From positions 1 to 45,153 of the forward strand of contig JANQNK010000021.1 of the NCBI GenBank assembly GCA_028279595.1: DNA of 45,153 nucleotides, given 5' to 3'. Positions 45,050 to 45,153 of the stretch are shown here, piece after piece. How positions within the stretch are numbered: position 1 is the first letter of the stretch; each line of letters starts with the position of its first letter. The translations under genes and the position numbers were made by a program. Origin of the DNA: Thermoplasmatota archaeon (lineage in GTDB: Archaea; Thermoplasmatota; JAKEGO01). A model generated the notes under the pieces. The model did not search any database, was not told the DNA's origin, and was given only the letters and a program-made list of their open reading frames with translations.

Positions 45050-45153
45050 CCCAGCCCATCATTCGGATGGGCGGAGTTCGTGAACTTGCATATATCCCAA
45101 TTACCTCAAGTCCCCGAACAACCCTGTTCGAGAGCGGGTTCTCACCCACCCTC

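Overview
A GC-rich, gene-dense core-genome segment from an archaeon, most consistent with Thermoplasmatota (inferred from gene content: rpo7-spt4, nop5, egsA, ipk, trmY, single-OB SSB, PGF-CTERM protein, and TATA boxes about 25 nt upstream of starts). It carries about 40 CDSs: ahcY (partial), NAD metabolism (cinA-like, nadK, nadA), an acyl-CoA carboxylase/crotonase cluster of the leucine-catabolism type, RNA-processing and tRNA-modification genes (nop5, rtcB, trmI, trmY, elp3, trm11-like), lipid genes (ipk, egsA), hypA/hypC, surface proteins and tRNA-Val(CAC). I found no CRISPR array, rRNA, transposase or integrase. The most notable signals are: (1) a probable replication origin (inverted ORB pair around an AT-rich core) with no orc1/cdc6 in the window; (2) a candidate ~85-nt ncRNA with its own TATA box and two hairpins whose loops are complementary over 7 nt (kissing loop); (3) an EndoIV-like TIM barrel that appears to have lost several metal ligands and carries a ~320-aa lysine-rich tail; (4) a tRNA 3' end broken in the T-loop by structured sequence at the window edge; (5) a CinA with reversed domain order; (6) a membrane protein with three LSD1-like zinc fingers.
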